Assembly (NCBI GenBank): GCA_964106915.2
Contig: OZ066926.1
DNA: 64,000 bases
From: Podarcis gaigeae
Taxonomy: Eukaryota
Direction: 5' to 3' (one strand)
Of this stretch, positions 51,795 through 64,000 are shown piece after piece. A program made the position numbers and the translations under genes. Position 1 is the stretch's first letter. Each line of letters starts with the position of its first letter. The notes beneath the pieces are model-generated. The model was not told the origin of the DNA. It searched no databases and saw only the letters and a program-made list of their open reading frames with translations.

Positions 51795-52959
51795 ACTGAA
51801 GCAAATATTCTTTCTAATCAAACACCCTTATTTCCATCCAGCACATGAACCTTGCTTAACAACCATTCAGTACAATATTCTGCCTTGTTGTGAACAGCAC
51901 TTCTCTAACAATTCACAAATTAAAATCCTATTTTACAAGTTTATTGAAAGAAAAGTGAAAATCCTTCCTCTTCCTCTGTCCTCTCCCTTGTAAAGAATGG
52001 CAGGAAGAGGTTATAATACCCATGTTTTGACATTGGTTAGTATTCCCTGGAAATCTACTGAGACATTATCCAAGGGAGACTTAGACATGCTGAGAGTGAT
52101 AATTACAGGTGAGGTAATAAGAAGCTCTCAGAAAATGAGCAAAAAAAACCACCCTGCTTCTGATTTTTCATCCAAAGTGGTTTCTGTCTGTTTATGAGAC
52201 AACAAAAGGGGATGCAGAATTAATAGCAATGAGGAAGAGAAGAACAGTTAGCCAGTCTCTTATTGATGCTGACCGGTGCAAATGATTAATCTGACCTCCC
52301 AAAATTTCCCACCTGAACACCAGTTCATTAGTTTCCTGACAATTATGCCAAGACAAAAGAATGGTGAAAAGGGCTGAGTTTTGTACGTGGTTTGTGTTGG
52401 TAGGAAGTAAATAGGTATCAACAAAGGAGAATGCTCTGGATGCCAAGATCCAGGTTTGGGGCACAAACTCTTTGGTGAGAGATTTCCACCCGAGATTTTA
52501 AATCACAAAATATGCAACAAATTAAAGTGGGGAAATATAGTTTGCTAGACCTTTAAAATATGACTTCCATCTTCCCTTAGCATAGAATAAGACCACACAT
52601 TTGTTAAGAACTGGTAATACTTATAAACTCTTCAAAGGCAAGGTTCATATGCTTTCCCACACAAGTCAGAAAACACAGGCAGCAAAACAAGGCTTATTTA
52701 CAATGCTGAAAGTTCAAAATTCTTGGTATAGGAATGTAAGGGAGGCTTCTAAGAACCAGGTGGTCTGAGTATGAGGAAACCAGCTCAGACCTAAAATGTG
52801 CTTCTCAGGTAAAGCGAAGGAAAGCAAGAGGCCTGATTACCAATTCCCTCCCAAAGTGAGCTATGCCTGCCACAACATAATTGAATGGTGTGGATAAAGA
52901 GAGATTACATTGCTCATATTTTGGTAGGAAAACCCCCAGAAAGATGATGGTATAATTTA

Positions 52960-55900
52960 TTATTTCCTCTTTATTAACTGCTCCTTGCTGTTCAGATCCG
53001 GCCTCAACAAAATGGTGTAGCATTTGGGAGCAAAGATGGAGCCCAGTATCCCAGCACTGGAGGCGAAGATGGAGAAGATCTCCACAGCCACCATGTATTT
53101 CCCCTTGGTGCTCAGGTAGACTGGAACAAAGGAGATCCAAACACTACAAAACAAGAACATGCTGAAGGTGATGAATTTGGCCTCATTGAAACTCTCAGGC
53201 AATTTCCTGGCAAAAAACGCTACAACAAAGCTGATAATGGCCAAAAAGCCCATGTAGCCCAGGACACAGTAAAACAGGGCAACTGACCCTTCGTTGCAGC
53301 CTAGAATGATTTCTCTCTTCACTGAGTGCATGTCAGAATCAGGGAATGGGGGAGAGGTTCCTAACCACACAGTGCAAATTCCCGCTTGGATAATGGTACA
53401 TGACAACACAATGGAGCTTGCCAGTCTTTTCCCCACCCACTTCCTCATTCGGGATCCTGGTTTGGTGGCCACAAAGGCCAGAACCACCGTGATCGTTTTG
53501 GCCAGAACACAAGAAACGGTCACAGTGAAAACAAGGCCAAAAGCCATTTGTCGGAGCAGGCAGCTCACTCTTTCTGGAGGGCTGAGGAAGATCAATGGGC
53601 AGAGGAAGCAGAGCAGGAGGGAAGTGAGGAGAGTGTAGGTGAGGTCCCGATTGTTTGCTCTAACAATGGGAGTGTCCCGATGTTTAATGAAGATGACTAG
53701 GACCACCACTGTGAGGATAGAGAGAAAAAGAGCAATCAATGCTAAGCTCATCCCTAGAGGCTCTTTAACAGACAGGAAGCTGATGGTCTTTGGAATGCAT
53801 TGCGATTGTTCCATGTTTGGATAGTGGTCTTTGGGGCACCCAACGCAATCTTCCATGTCTGGGAAAAAAAGTTTTTATTTCAGACGTTAGGATAGTGACA
53901 ACTACTGCTGTGAGTATGGAACACATAAGGTTAAATTGTAGTTATCACAGATATTTCCAGAGTAACCAGATTGAAAGTGATGCATCAGAATCCCACCTCA
54001 ACCTTTGTGTTGGGTTATGTGGGGTGTCCTGTGATGGCTTGCTAACTCCACATAAACCACATTGTTATTGTTCAGAACAGGTACAGTCCATGACCATTTT
54101 ACACAAGGGTTCCATTCCCAGCCCCATTCTACACCCACATACTAGGTTGAACGTATTCCACCGCACCCGGGTGTACAATCACGCATCATTCATAGACATG
54201 TTTATTTGTTATTGCCTGAATTAAAGAAGGTGTATCATACGAAGTCATATCACTGGTGCATTTAGTTCAAAATTGCCTGCTGTATCTTACCCTGTAACAA
54301 AAATTAGATAATCTGCGTCAAACCATTCCTTTTTTTGGAGAAGGTCCATATTCCTTTGTGGGGGCTATCTGTCAATAGGGATGGAGGGGATTTTTTTTTT
54401 AATGCCACTTGAATGAGAAGGCTATCTACATTGCCCTCCTTGAACCAACACATTGACTAAAGTACAGATGCCCTTAAAAATGTGAACTTCTCTAAACATT
54501 TGTAATGCAGTTCTCCAGTCAAACAATATGTACAAAAATGCACACTTCACTAATTTGTTTATCCTTTTCCTCAACTTCTAACATGACATATGGTTGGAAA
54601 ATTATATATCCTGTGTCTCTTACCCTTCTGGAATGAACTCTTGCCTTGAGGACATGGAACACAATCATAGCAGCAGAATGGTTTCCCCTCAATTTTTTCC
54701 TTCCTGGAACCAGGAGGGCAACTTGGGTTACATACCGAAAGGGGCGAAACCTGCTCATGTAAATAATGGGGAAGAGGGTAAGGAAAAGCATTTTCTCCCT
54801 CTCTCATAATAGAAGAAATCAGAGATATCCAATGAAGCTAAATGGATTGATTAGGCGCACTTTTTCATACAATATAGCTAAAACTATGAGATTCAATTCT
54901 ACAGGATACATTGATGGGCATCAACTTGGCTGAATTTAAAAGACGATTAGAAAAACTAGTGGAGGAGAAACCTATCAGAGGCTACCACCCCTTGGTGGAG
55001 GGAATGCTTTTACTCAATGGTCAGAGGCAGTATGGTGCTGGATACCAGTTGCTGGAAATCGCAAAAGGGGAAAGTGGTGTTGTGATCATGTCCTGTTTGT
55101 GGGTTTCCCACAAGGGTCTGGTTGGCCACTTTTAGAACCTTATTTATTTATTTATTTTACCACAGGGCAGTTTGCATTATAAAACCACAAAAGGCATAAC
55201 ATGCACAAAAATAATAACAGCCCAGAGAAATATTTTCGCCTGGTGCCTAAAGATACAAAGGGAGGTGCCAGGCAAGCCTTCTTGGGGAGGGCTGATTCTT
55301 CTCCAATCTAAGAAACCCCTTTCCTCCTTCTACACTTGGTGACAAAGAATAGCTACCCACAAACCTTCACAACACCTACTTCTCAACCATCATGCACTTG
55401 AACTGCAAGCAGGAAACACCTGCTTCCTCTTCCCAAGAGACTCATGAAATGCACTTGGACGAAAAGAACCCGAAGCCAAAAGCCATATGCCATATCCAGA
55501 TGCTGGACAAGACTGGCCAATGGCATTATTCTGCACTGGTTGGGCATTGATTTGAGCCAGCAAGATCATCTTACGTTGAGATTCCTGTATCCCGGAACAC
55601 ATGACCTTCGGGATGACTTCCAACTCTAAGATTCTATTATTCTTAAGCAGTGCAGAGGAAAATGTTTAGAATCTGGCTGGAAAGGCAGGTATGTGCTGGA
55701 CTGATGATATGTAAGTAGAATAACATTCTCTTTTCCTATGTTTCATAGCTGTAGGAATTATGCCTCACCTGCTGAAAGCTTCTGTGCCACACCATTCTGT
55801 TGTCATCAAGGGTAAACTCCTGGCCTGCGGCAGCCTCCCCACCCACCCTTCCAACCTTGACTCTCATGAAGGAGTTATTTGGAAAAGTGACCAGGTTGGT

Positions 55901-58900
55901 GATATCAAAGCCAGCTTCTACTTCCCTGTTCGTACTAAATGATACCGTTTCCCCAGCAGAGATGTTAAAGGAGACACTCCTAAGAAAGGGGTGGAGCTGC
56001 ATTGAAAGAAAAAGAGTAACTTTGAAGTAATGTAAATGTCTTGTAATACATACCTAAAGGGTTTAATGCTGTAAAGTGTCCTGACAGGCTTGGCCTATGT
56101 CACTTCCCCTTAGCTTGGGAAGAAATGGGCAACAAAGCCTTCTGTTCTGCTTACTCTGTGTTTGAATTTGGTTTGAATGGAGTTCTGAGCTGCTCCTTAC
56201 AGCCACATGGATTTAAGAAGCCGCTTATTTCAGAGAAGAACGTAGTCTGAAACTACCATTTTCTATACCAATAACAAGCTTAGGAACTTTTACTATTTTG
56301 TAACCAAGCTATGTCTTCTGCTTCTGCAACTTTTTTCTGAGTGCTGTGTTCCAAAAATCTTTGAATTTTGAAGAGTTCTGTAAGTAAATCGTGTAGGACC
56401 TGCTAAGCATGTGATCTATTTTTGTGCTAGTGAAGTGGGATATTCTGGAATTCACTGGAAAGGGCATATTTTAAGGTTTTACAGTATTTCCATGCTTCTG
56501 GTTGCTGCATGTTTTGCCATGCACACAAAGGAAGTTGCTCACAAAAAACCAGGATTGGGTCCTCCTGCTTAACAGCTGTAAGCAAGGTGGCCTGATATTT
56601 CACTATGCTAGTCCTTAATGAGCAGCTTCTCTGCAAACAAGGAGAGAATATGGTCTTACATTGAAGCTTGATTTTTTTCAGGGTACAGTGGTACCTCAGG
56701 TTACATGCACTTCAGGTTACAGACTCTGCTAACCCAGAAATATTACCTGGGTTAAGAACTCCGGCGGCGCGGCATCAGCAGGAGGCCACATTAGCTAAAG
56801 TGTTGCTTCAGGTTAAGAACAGTTTTCAGGTTAATTACGGACCTCCGGAACGAATTAAGGACTTAACCTGAGGTACCACTGTACTGTTTTATGTATTATG
56901 TATTATGTATCACTGCCCAGGTCAAATAAAATGTATCTCATGAAAAGAATTACCTGCCAAGGCTGGAATTTCTGAAGCTCCTGCATCCCTCCTTCCACTG
57001 CTGCCCTGTATTTGGTCCTGGACAAGAACATGGCATGTAGAGCATGTGCTGTGGCATAGACAGCATTATAAAGACTGTAGCTGTGGCCAGTCATGCTCAT
57101 CACAAATGCAGATGAAGGGAGATCTTCCAGTTTCTCCTCTCCAGTGCAGGTTCCACTGGCCTGCTCTTGTGTATTGGAGTTTGGAAATAAACAGAGAAAT
57201 ACTTGTGCCCAGAACTGCTTGACAAAGCCATTTCCATCTTCCTCAAAAGGATTTTGTGCCTGAAGAAAGGCTTTGAAACTTTGCACCACATTTGAATGAA
57301 CTGTAAAGGAGAGGGAACCATGAAAGACTTGCATATCCATGCTCATTTGATAGGTCATTGCTGTGAAATCCAGCTGTGCTGTCAGAATCCACACCTTGCC
57401 CTCAGAGGTTTTGGTCACATTTTCCAGTAAACCTAGTGCTACCATTGATCGCAAGGCAAGCATGGACCTTGTTCCTCCATAGACAACCACCACCTTGGCT
57501 TTACTTTCCATAATAGCTTGATAAATTTGGACCCAGTGGAAATACATGACATAGTACTCAGCCAAATATGTCGTTTTCAGGGTTGTCTCTGAGAAGGCCA
57601 AGCAAATACCTTTCTGGTAGAGCAGAGGTTTCAGCGTCTGAATAAATCTCTCTCCACTGTCTCCACTAGCAAGCAACCCAACCCATGTCCAGCCAAAGTG
57701 CAAAAGTAACTCAACAATCCCAGTGTACTGATGGGCTTCATTGGGCACCATCTTGTAGAAGGAAGTGGATTGGCTTTCACCAGCATGCTCTGGGCCAAAG
57801 GAGCCATAAGTGAGCTAGAAGGAAATAAAGAAGCATAATCTGTAAATGTGGAAGACAGACTGCCTATGTCCATTGAGGGCCTGACCACACAGAAGGTGAA
57901 ATGAGCCAGTTGCCTTAAGAAGGCAGGTTCCCGAAAGCTGGGAAGGGCAGCAGATCTTGCCTCCATGGAGCTTCTCAGCTTCTGCCTAATCCTCTGCCAC
58001 CCCGCATACCCACTTCTTTGCATTCCTTTTTACCTCTCCCCGCCCCCTTTTCCTTCTTAAGTTTGTAGTCCTTGGTTTCCTGCACTGCTACTTTCCTCTC
58101 CTCCATTTCTTTTCTCCATTTCCTCCCTTTTTCTTCATCACTGCATTTCAGCTTCTCATTTCATGGTGTCTTAACCTCCCTTCCTTTCCACACATCACTC
58201 AAGTGCCACAATGTGTGCACAACTGCCTCCTGTTGTCTGAGTCCCAGCTTTGAGGATAGCAGCTTCAGTCTTCAGTCAGTAAGCTATGGGGCAAAGGTGG
58301 GAGCACTGGCGGAGGAAGAGGGGTGCGGGGGGAGCACACCGCCCCTGGCAGCGCGATCCCAGTGGGGTGCCATTGTGGCTGCCCCCCCGCCCGTGCTGGG
58401 TGCCACGCCCCCAGGATGTGCGCCACACCGCTGTGGGCGGTGTGCCATGCCCCCAGAACGCACGCCAGCCCCGCCCCCACCTGCTCTCCATCCCCCAGTG
58501 CCAGAGCATGAAACTCCACCACTGGGTGAGAGAGGCACCAGTTGGCAGAATGAAAAGTGGAAGCATGTTTTTTTTTGCTCTCCCACTACCACAGTACCTT
58601 CTCTCCATTCAAAGACTATCTATTTTTACTTCACTCTTCCCTTCTTCCTGCATGGCATTTGGAATGCTGCTGTAGCGCTCCCCCTTGGACAAGGAATGAG
58701 AAGCCAGCAGCCAGTGGCCTGATGGCATTTCCGGGTTTTCTGTTTATTCATTATGGACCCTGATTTATTTCTACAAAGTTTGCAGAGAGGTTGAATGATT
58801 TGTGAGGTGGCTAGACAATGTTGCATCTAGCAAATGTTATCCGGCACTTTCCAGTGCATTTCCCAATTGCTTTTTGGAAGGAAGCCGTTTTCCCATCACT

Positions 58901-61900
58901 TTTTGGAGTATGTTTATGTGTGTGTAGTTTTGCTCACAAAAGCACCAGTTCACCCATGCAGAATCATACAATCATAGAATTGTAGAGTTGGAAGGAATCT
59001 CAACTAAAGCATCCATGACAGATGACCATCCAACCTCTGCTTAAAAACCTCCAGTGAAGGCATAGGTACTCAAGGGAGGTGAGTGGCTGAATCCTACACA
59101 AAACTAGTGACAGCCTGGAGGGATCCTGAGATTTGCAGAGGTCACAACAATTCTAGCTCAAGTACTCCACCCATGATGCTGCCTGCCCCCAGCCCACTAC
59201 AGCTGCTGCCTCCACCTGCTACTGCTAGGAAGGAAAACATCCCACAGCTAAATGCCTCAGATGGAAGCAGGACTAGATGCAGGAAGGTGACTACTACTGA
59301 GTTAGACCACTGATCCATCTATTTCAGTATTGTCTAGATGGAGTGGCAGGAGACCTTTACAGACCTACCCAGAGATGCCAGGGATTAATCCTAGGGCTTT
59401 CTACATTCATTGTAGGTGCTCTGCTAACCCTTTCAATGGTGTGATGACTTGCCAGTGGATAAGACTAAATAGGAGAATACTATTTCCTAGCCCATGACAG
59501 ACACCCATACATTCAAACGAAGTTCACCACAAGATTGTGGATTGAGCTCTAGGGTTGCAGAGATGTTCCACCAATCCATGCAGTATCCCTTCCAGTTGGA
59601 TTATATGGTTTAAGCCTGTATTGGGGGGGGGGATGTGTGGGGAGATTCAGATGGTACAGAAGACAGCTGCCAGGATATTGCCAGATTGTTTCCAGTCTCA
59701 ATTAAAGCCCTAGAAATTGTCTGAAACTCATATATCTAAAGAGCTACCTTCTCCCATACCATTCACACTTGGGTGAGGTCAGGTCTGGCCAAAGACATTC
59801 TGCAGCCTGAGATGGAAACTGATTGCACCTGCCATTGAATCTTCCTGCAACATTGTCAATGAGATGGCATCATCTACTGAACTTGAGACACCAAGCTAGT
59901 TAGAGTCAGGGGAGGCCTGCAGCATACACTACTCATACCTCCAGTAAATAAAAATGGCCAGTGTGCTTAAGAAGGGAGAAAGGAATGCCCAACTTGAGCA
60001 GACATGTTTAAATGCTGCTGATGGCTCAATACTATATGACAGGGTGTGTGTTTTGGTGGCATTTAATTTAACTGAGCAAAGCGCACTGGAAACACTTTTT
60101 GTGGATGGAAGGACTACCCTCCTTTGTCAGTCACAACTCCTCTATTGTACAAAACCCTTCTGGATAGAAAATAGGATAGTAAACAAGTATGAAGTCGCCA
60201 AGGTGGTATCTTACCTGGGGGGTCTTGTAAATGTCCAAAATGTCTGCCATTTGGAGGGAGGTATCAAAGTCCAATCCCCCAATAGCTGCCATCAGATATT
60301 TCTCGGTGTGGCAATTGTAGTTGGGTATAAGTGTGGAGGGAAGGTTCAGAGCAGCCCTGTAAGTCATCCTTTCACTGAAGTAACTGTCATAGATGTGGAA
60401 TCCCAGGGTGATATTAGGCAAAATCTTGGGGTTCTCATTGATCTCCTTGACAGCAAACACCAAAGCTAGAATATGCTGGTAGTTCCTTGCCACCACACTG
60501 CAAAGAGAATTTTATGCTGAACCCTTGGAAAATATGCTATGCAATTTTTAAAAAGGGCTTCAGAATCATCCTTCTGTATTTCACTGCAAATAGTTCCCTA
60601 GTATACACATATCTGCAAAGCAATTTTCCCTAAAATAATGCATTGTATAAATTTCAAATGATAGTTGTGTTTTGGTTTTGTTATCTTTTTAGAGCATGCT
60701 AATTTTGGTAGGTTCACATTTAAATGTGAACTAATTTGAATCCTGCCTCTATCTCGAATAAGGGAGTACTGATACTTACTTTCGGGTCCTACATATACTT
60801 GACAACGGTATCTAAAGATTCAAGAGATGCTGTTAAGAATAATAATTTATTATTTATACCCTTCCCATCTGGCTGGGTTTTCCCAGCCACTCTTTAAAAA
60901 CACAATACAGCATTAAACATTGGAAACCTGATCTCCACTACAACAAGTCTTGACAAACTGGGGATAAATACCTAACTATTTAAGTCTCAGTTGTCCACTT
61001 TTACCTCAGCTATCTCTTGACTTTGCCTCACACCTCAACTCATTACTTCTCCCAACTGACAGTTAACTGCCATTTCTTCAATGTTCAGAACCTTCAACCA
61101 ATCACTGTCTTTTGTTCCCAAGGCCAATCAGAATGAATGTACGTGTTCCAGGCCCTGCCTATAAATATTAAATGCCATTGAATTTCTTTCCCCTTCCTGC
61201 CTTCCTATCACCAAGTAGCTATAACTGAACAGCTCTGCACAACATTAAGAGCACAAAGCATCAAACTTTTACACTCACACACTGACATAAACAGAGACCT
61301 TCAACAGAGGATATAAAGCATTTTTAAACCACAAAGCACAGAAATATACAGGTACTGATTTGATCCAATTAAAAACGTGTTTCAAAATGCAGAGAAGTAG
61401 GTAGCCTAGCTTAATGGAGTAGTTCTCATAATTTCCAAACCTGTGACATATTTTTAACTAGGAGTATCCTATAAGCCTTGCCTCACTTGGATGTGAACAT
61501 CTGGGGGTCTTGGAACCCCACCTCTTAAGAGCTCTTAGCCCAAACTTCCTGAGGTGAAGTTCAATATTCAGAACAGAGAAGGGCTTTCCATCTTAACTAG
61601 GGAACTCTTCAGCTTAGCAATAGTTCCCCACCACCACCACCTCTGCCTGGAAGTAAATCCCACTGAAACCTTTGGCACTTGCTTCTGAGTAAGCCTGGTT
61701 AGAGCTTAAGAATGTTTCTGTATTATCTGACATATGAAGTCTTTACAAGGTATTAAGAAGTTGACGGGTAGTTAGCCTTTCTTTGAAGTCTTCTTTGTCA
61801 AAAGCAGAAAAAAGGTGAGAAGCAAGGCTGCCAACAATAAGATCACCAGGTTGGTAGTATTCATGTGGAATTCTGGACAGATCATGGACAGTGCAACTCG

Positions 61901-61961
61901 TGGTATGTTTGCACACCAAATGTGGCAGAAGAAAGAGAAGGGGCACAATAAAGAATAGCAT
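52960..61961 (-). CDS. V2R gene E, complete, about 870 aa. Exons: 61961-61747, 60497-60215, 57814-56954, 55996-55769, 54750-54624, 53858-52960
   Basis: Exon lengths 215/283/861/228/127/899 = 2613, in frame, GT-AG. Confidence 0.96.
56686..56881. mobile_element. Tigger-type MITE in intron 3 of gene E
   Basis: TIRs CAGTGGTACCTCAGGTTA; TA TSD; empty site cagggtactgtttt in B and D. Confidence 0.9.
58304..58524. mobile_element. GC-rich non-autonomous hAT-type element in intron 2 of gene E
   Basis: cactggcggag..ctccaccactg TIRs; 8-bp TSD ggtgggag/ggtgagag; empty site gcaaaggtgagagg in A, B and D. Confidence 0.8.
58960..59060 (-). mobile_element. CR1 3' tail fragment
   Basis: atcatagaattgtagagttggaagg..ccatccaacctctgcttaaaaacctcc; (TTCTATGA)-type tail on the minus strand. 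Confidence 0.7.
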
Positions 61962-62928
61962 GCTGAGGCAAATATTCTTTCTCCTCCTCAAACACCCTTA
62001 CTTCCATGTGAAACATGAACCTTAGTTTCAGTACAACCCTCAGCACAATATTCCGCCTTGACAGGAACCGCACTACACTACCAATTCACAGATCAAGATC
62101 CTATTCTACAACTCAACATAGACAACAGTAGAAATCCTTCCCCTTCCTCTGTCCTCTCCCTTGCATAGAATCACAAGAAGGGTTTTTATATTCTAATGTT
62201 TAGACTTTGAATTTTATTCTCTGTAAATCTATTGAGACATTATCCAAGAGACAGTTAGTAATTATGAGAGTAATAATTACAGATGAGATAATAACTAGCT
62301 CTCTTTACATCAGGAAAATGAAACAGATGACAAAAAAACACACACACCATGTTTGTGATGTTTCATTCAAAGTGGCTTCTGTCCCTTTATGGGACAACAG
62401 AAAGGCATGTAGAATAAACTGCCATCAATGCTGAAATGCCTCACTTGACCGTGGAAATGATTAATCGGACCTAAAATTTCACACCTGAACATCTGTTCAT
62501 TAATTTAATGACATTTATACTAAGACAGGCTAAAGAATGGGGTGAGATTCTCTTGGCAAATCTTATTCAGTTTCTAATCAATCACCATTGGATGATCTAG
62601 TCAGGCCTGCATATTTTGTGGTACCTATTAGATATTTTTAGTGTTCCAAAGCCTCCAGCCTCGATCCAGCCCCCAAAATTTTAGATGTGTTTATTTTTTG
62701 TGCAGTATTTTTGATCTGGAATAGAGAAAGAGCAGCAGATGTTCATTGATGTTCAGAACATTACCCCCAATTAAGCGTGGAGGGGCTGTACTGAAATCAC
62801 TGGCACTGGTTTATCATGAAGGCAGCAACTCTACTGAAACCTTACTTATAGGAAAATAACCTAGAAAGTAATGAGACGTGTTTGTTTGTTTTTTAATTGC
62901 CTCTCAATATATTGGGAGGTTATATTTG

Positions 62929-63827
62929 CTATTTCCTAATTATTAACTGCTCCTTGCTGTTCAGATCAGGCCTCAATAAAATGATGTAGCATTTGGGAGC
63001 AAAGATGGAACCCAGTAAGCCAGCACTGGAGGCCAAGATGGAGAAGATCTCCACAGCCACCATGTATTTCCCCTTGGTGCTCAGGTACACTGGAACAAAG
63101 GAGATCCAAACACTACAAAACAAGAACATGCTGAAGGTGATGAATTTGGCCTCATTGAAGCTCTCAGGCAGTTTCCTGGCAAAAAAGGCCACAACAAAGC
63201 TGACAATGGCCAAAAAGCCCATATAGCCCAGGACACAGTAAAACAGGGCAACGGACCCTTCGTTGCAGCCTAAAATGATTTCTCTCATCACAGAGTTCAT
63301 GTCAGAATCAGGGGATGGGGGAGAGGTTCCTAACCACACACTGCAAATGGCCACTTGGATAAGGGAACAAGAAATCACAATAGCGCTTGCCAGTCTTTTC
63401 CCCACCCACTTCCTCATTCTGGATCCTGGTTTGGTGGCCACAAAGGCCAGAACCACCGTGATTGTTTTGGCCAGAACACAAGAAACGGTCACTGTGAAAA
63501 CAAGGCCAAAAGCCATTTGTCGGAGCAGGCAGCTCACTCTTTCTGGAGGGCTGAGGAAGATGAATGGGCAGAGGAAGCAGAGCAGGAGGAAAGTGAGGAG
63601 AGTGTAGGTGAGGTCCCGATTGTTTGCTCTGACAATGGGTGTGTCCTGATGTTTAATGAAAATGGCTAGGACCACCAGTGTGAGGAGAAAGAAATAAAGA
63701 GCAAACAATGCTAAGCTCATTCCCAGAGGCTCTTGAGCAGACAGGAAGCTGATGGTCTTTGGAATGCATTGTGATTGGTTCCTGTGTGGGTAGTGGTCCT
63801 TTGGGCATGCAACACAGTCAACCATGT
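62929..63827 (-). CDS. V2R gene F, terminal 7TM exon only (upstream exons lie beyond the right edge)
   Basis: 899-bp exon with acceptor ttccAG/AC ATG; intact 298-aa ORF 62929..63825 paralogous to exon 6 of genes B-E. Confidence 0.93.
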
Positions 63828-64000
63828 CTGGAAAGAAAATAATATATTCAGATTTTGGATGTGTTGGAGAGCAACTACTAATACTGCGAGTATGGAACTC
63901 ATAATGTTAAATTAGAAGTATCACAGATATTTCCAGATAAACCAGATTCAAAGTGATGCCTAAGAACCCTACCTCAGCACTGTGTGTTAGGCTTTTTGGG

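Noticed and set aside
58072-58722. 216-aa and overlapping GC-rich ORFs or CpG island
   Set aside because: Produced by the 221-bp GC-rich hAT-type insertion in intron 2 of gene E.

Overview
Eukaryotic, TE-rich genomic DNA from a squamate reptile, most likely a lacertid lizard (judged from a Podarcis-type Sauria SINE, BovB and squamate L1/L2/CR1/Penelope repeats). The window is a head-to-tail tandem array of vomeronasal type-2 receptor (V2R, class C GPCR) genes, all on the minus strand. Four genes are complete with six coding exons (B, C, D, E). Gene A has its last exon cut by the left edge, and only the terminal 7TM exon of gene F is inside the window. All exons I traced have GT-AG boundaries, the same phases (2,0,0,0,1) and open frames (exon sizes 215/283/849-864/228/127/899-902 bp, giving about 867-871 aa). 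Introns and spacers hold paralog-specific insertions that can be delimited against the empty site in a sister gene. The most notable observations: (1) the paralogs are segment-by-segment mosaics, and a 237-bp TM core is nearly identical in all six copies; (2) a full-length, TSD-flanked 2.2-kb non-autonomous L1 derivative lacking almost all of ORF2; (3) a bipartite internally deleted BovB; (4) a Penelope hammerhead remnant; (5) an 80-bp perfect-hairpin MITE; (6) a conserved upstream homeodomain-site block; (7) an AATAAA embedded in the last codons. No prokaryotic features (CRISPR, rRNA or tRNA genes, operons) were found. All coordinates and difference counts were read by hand.
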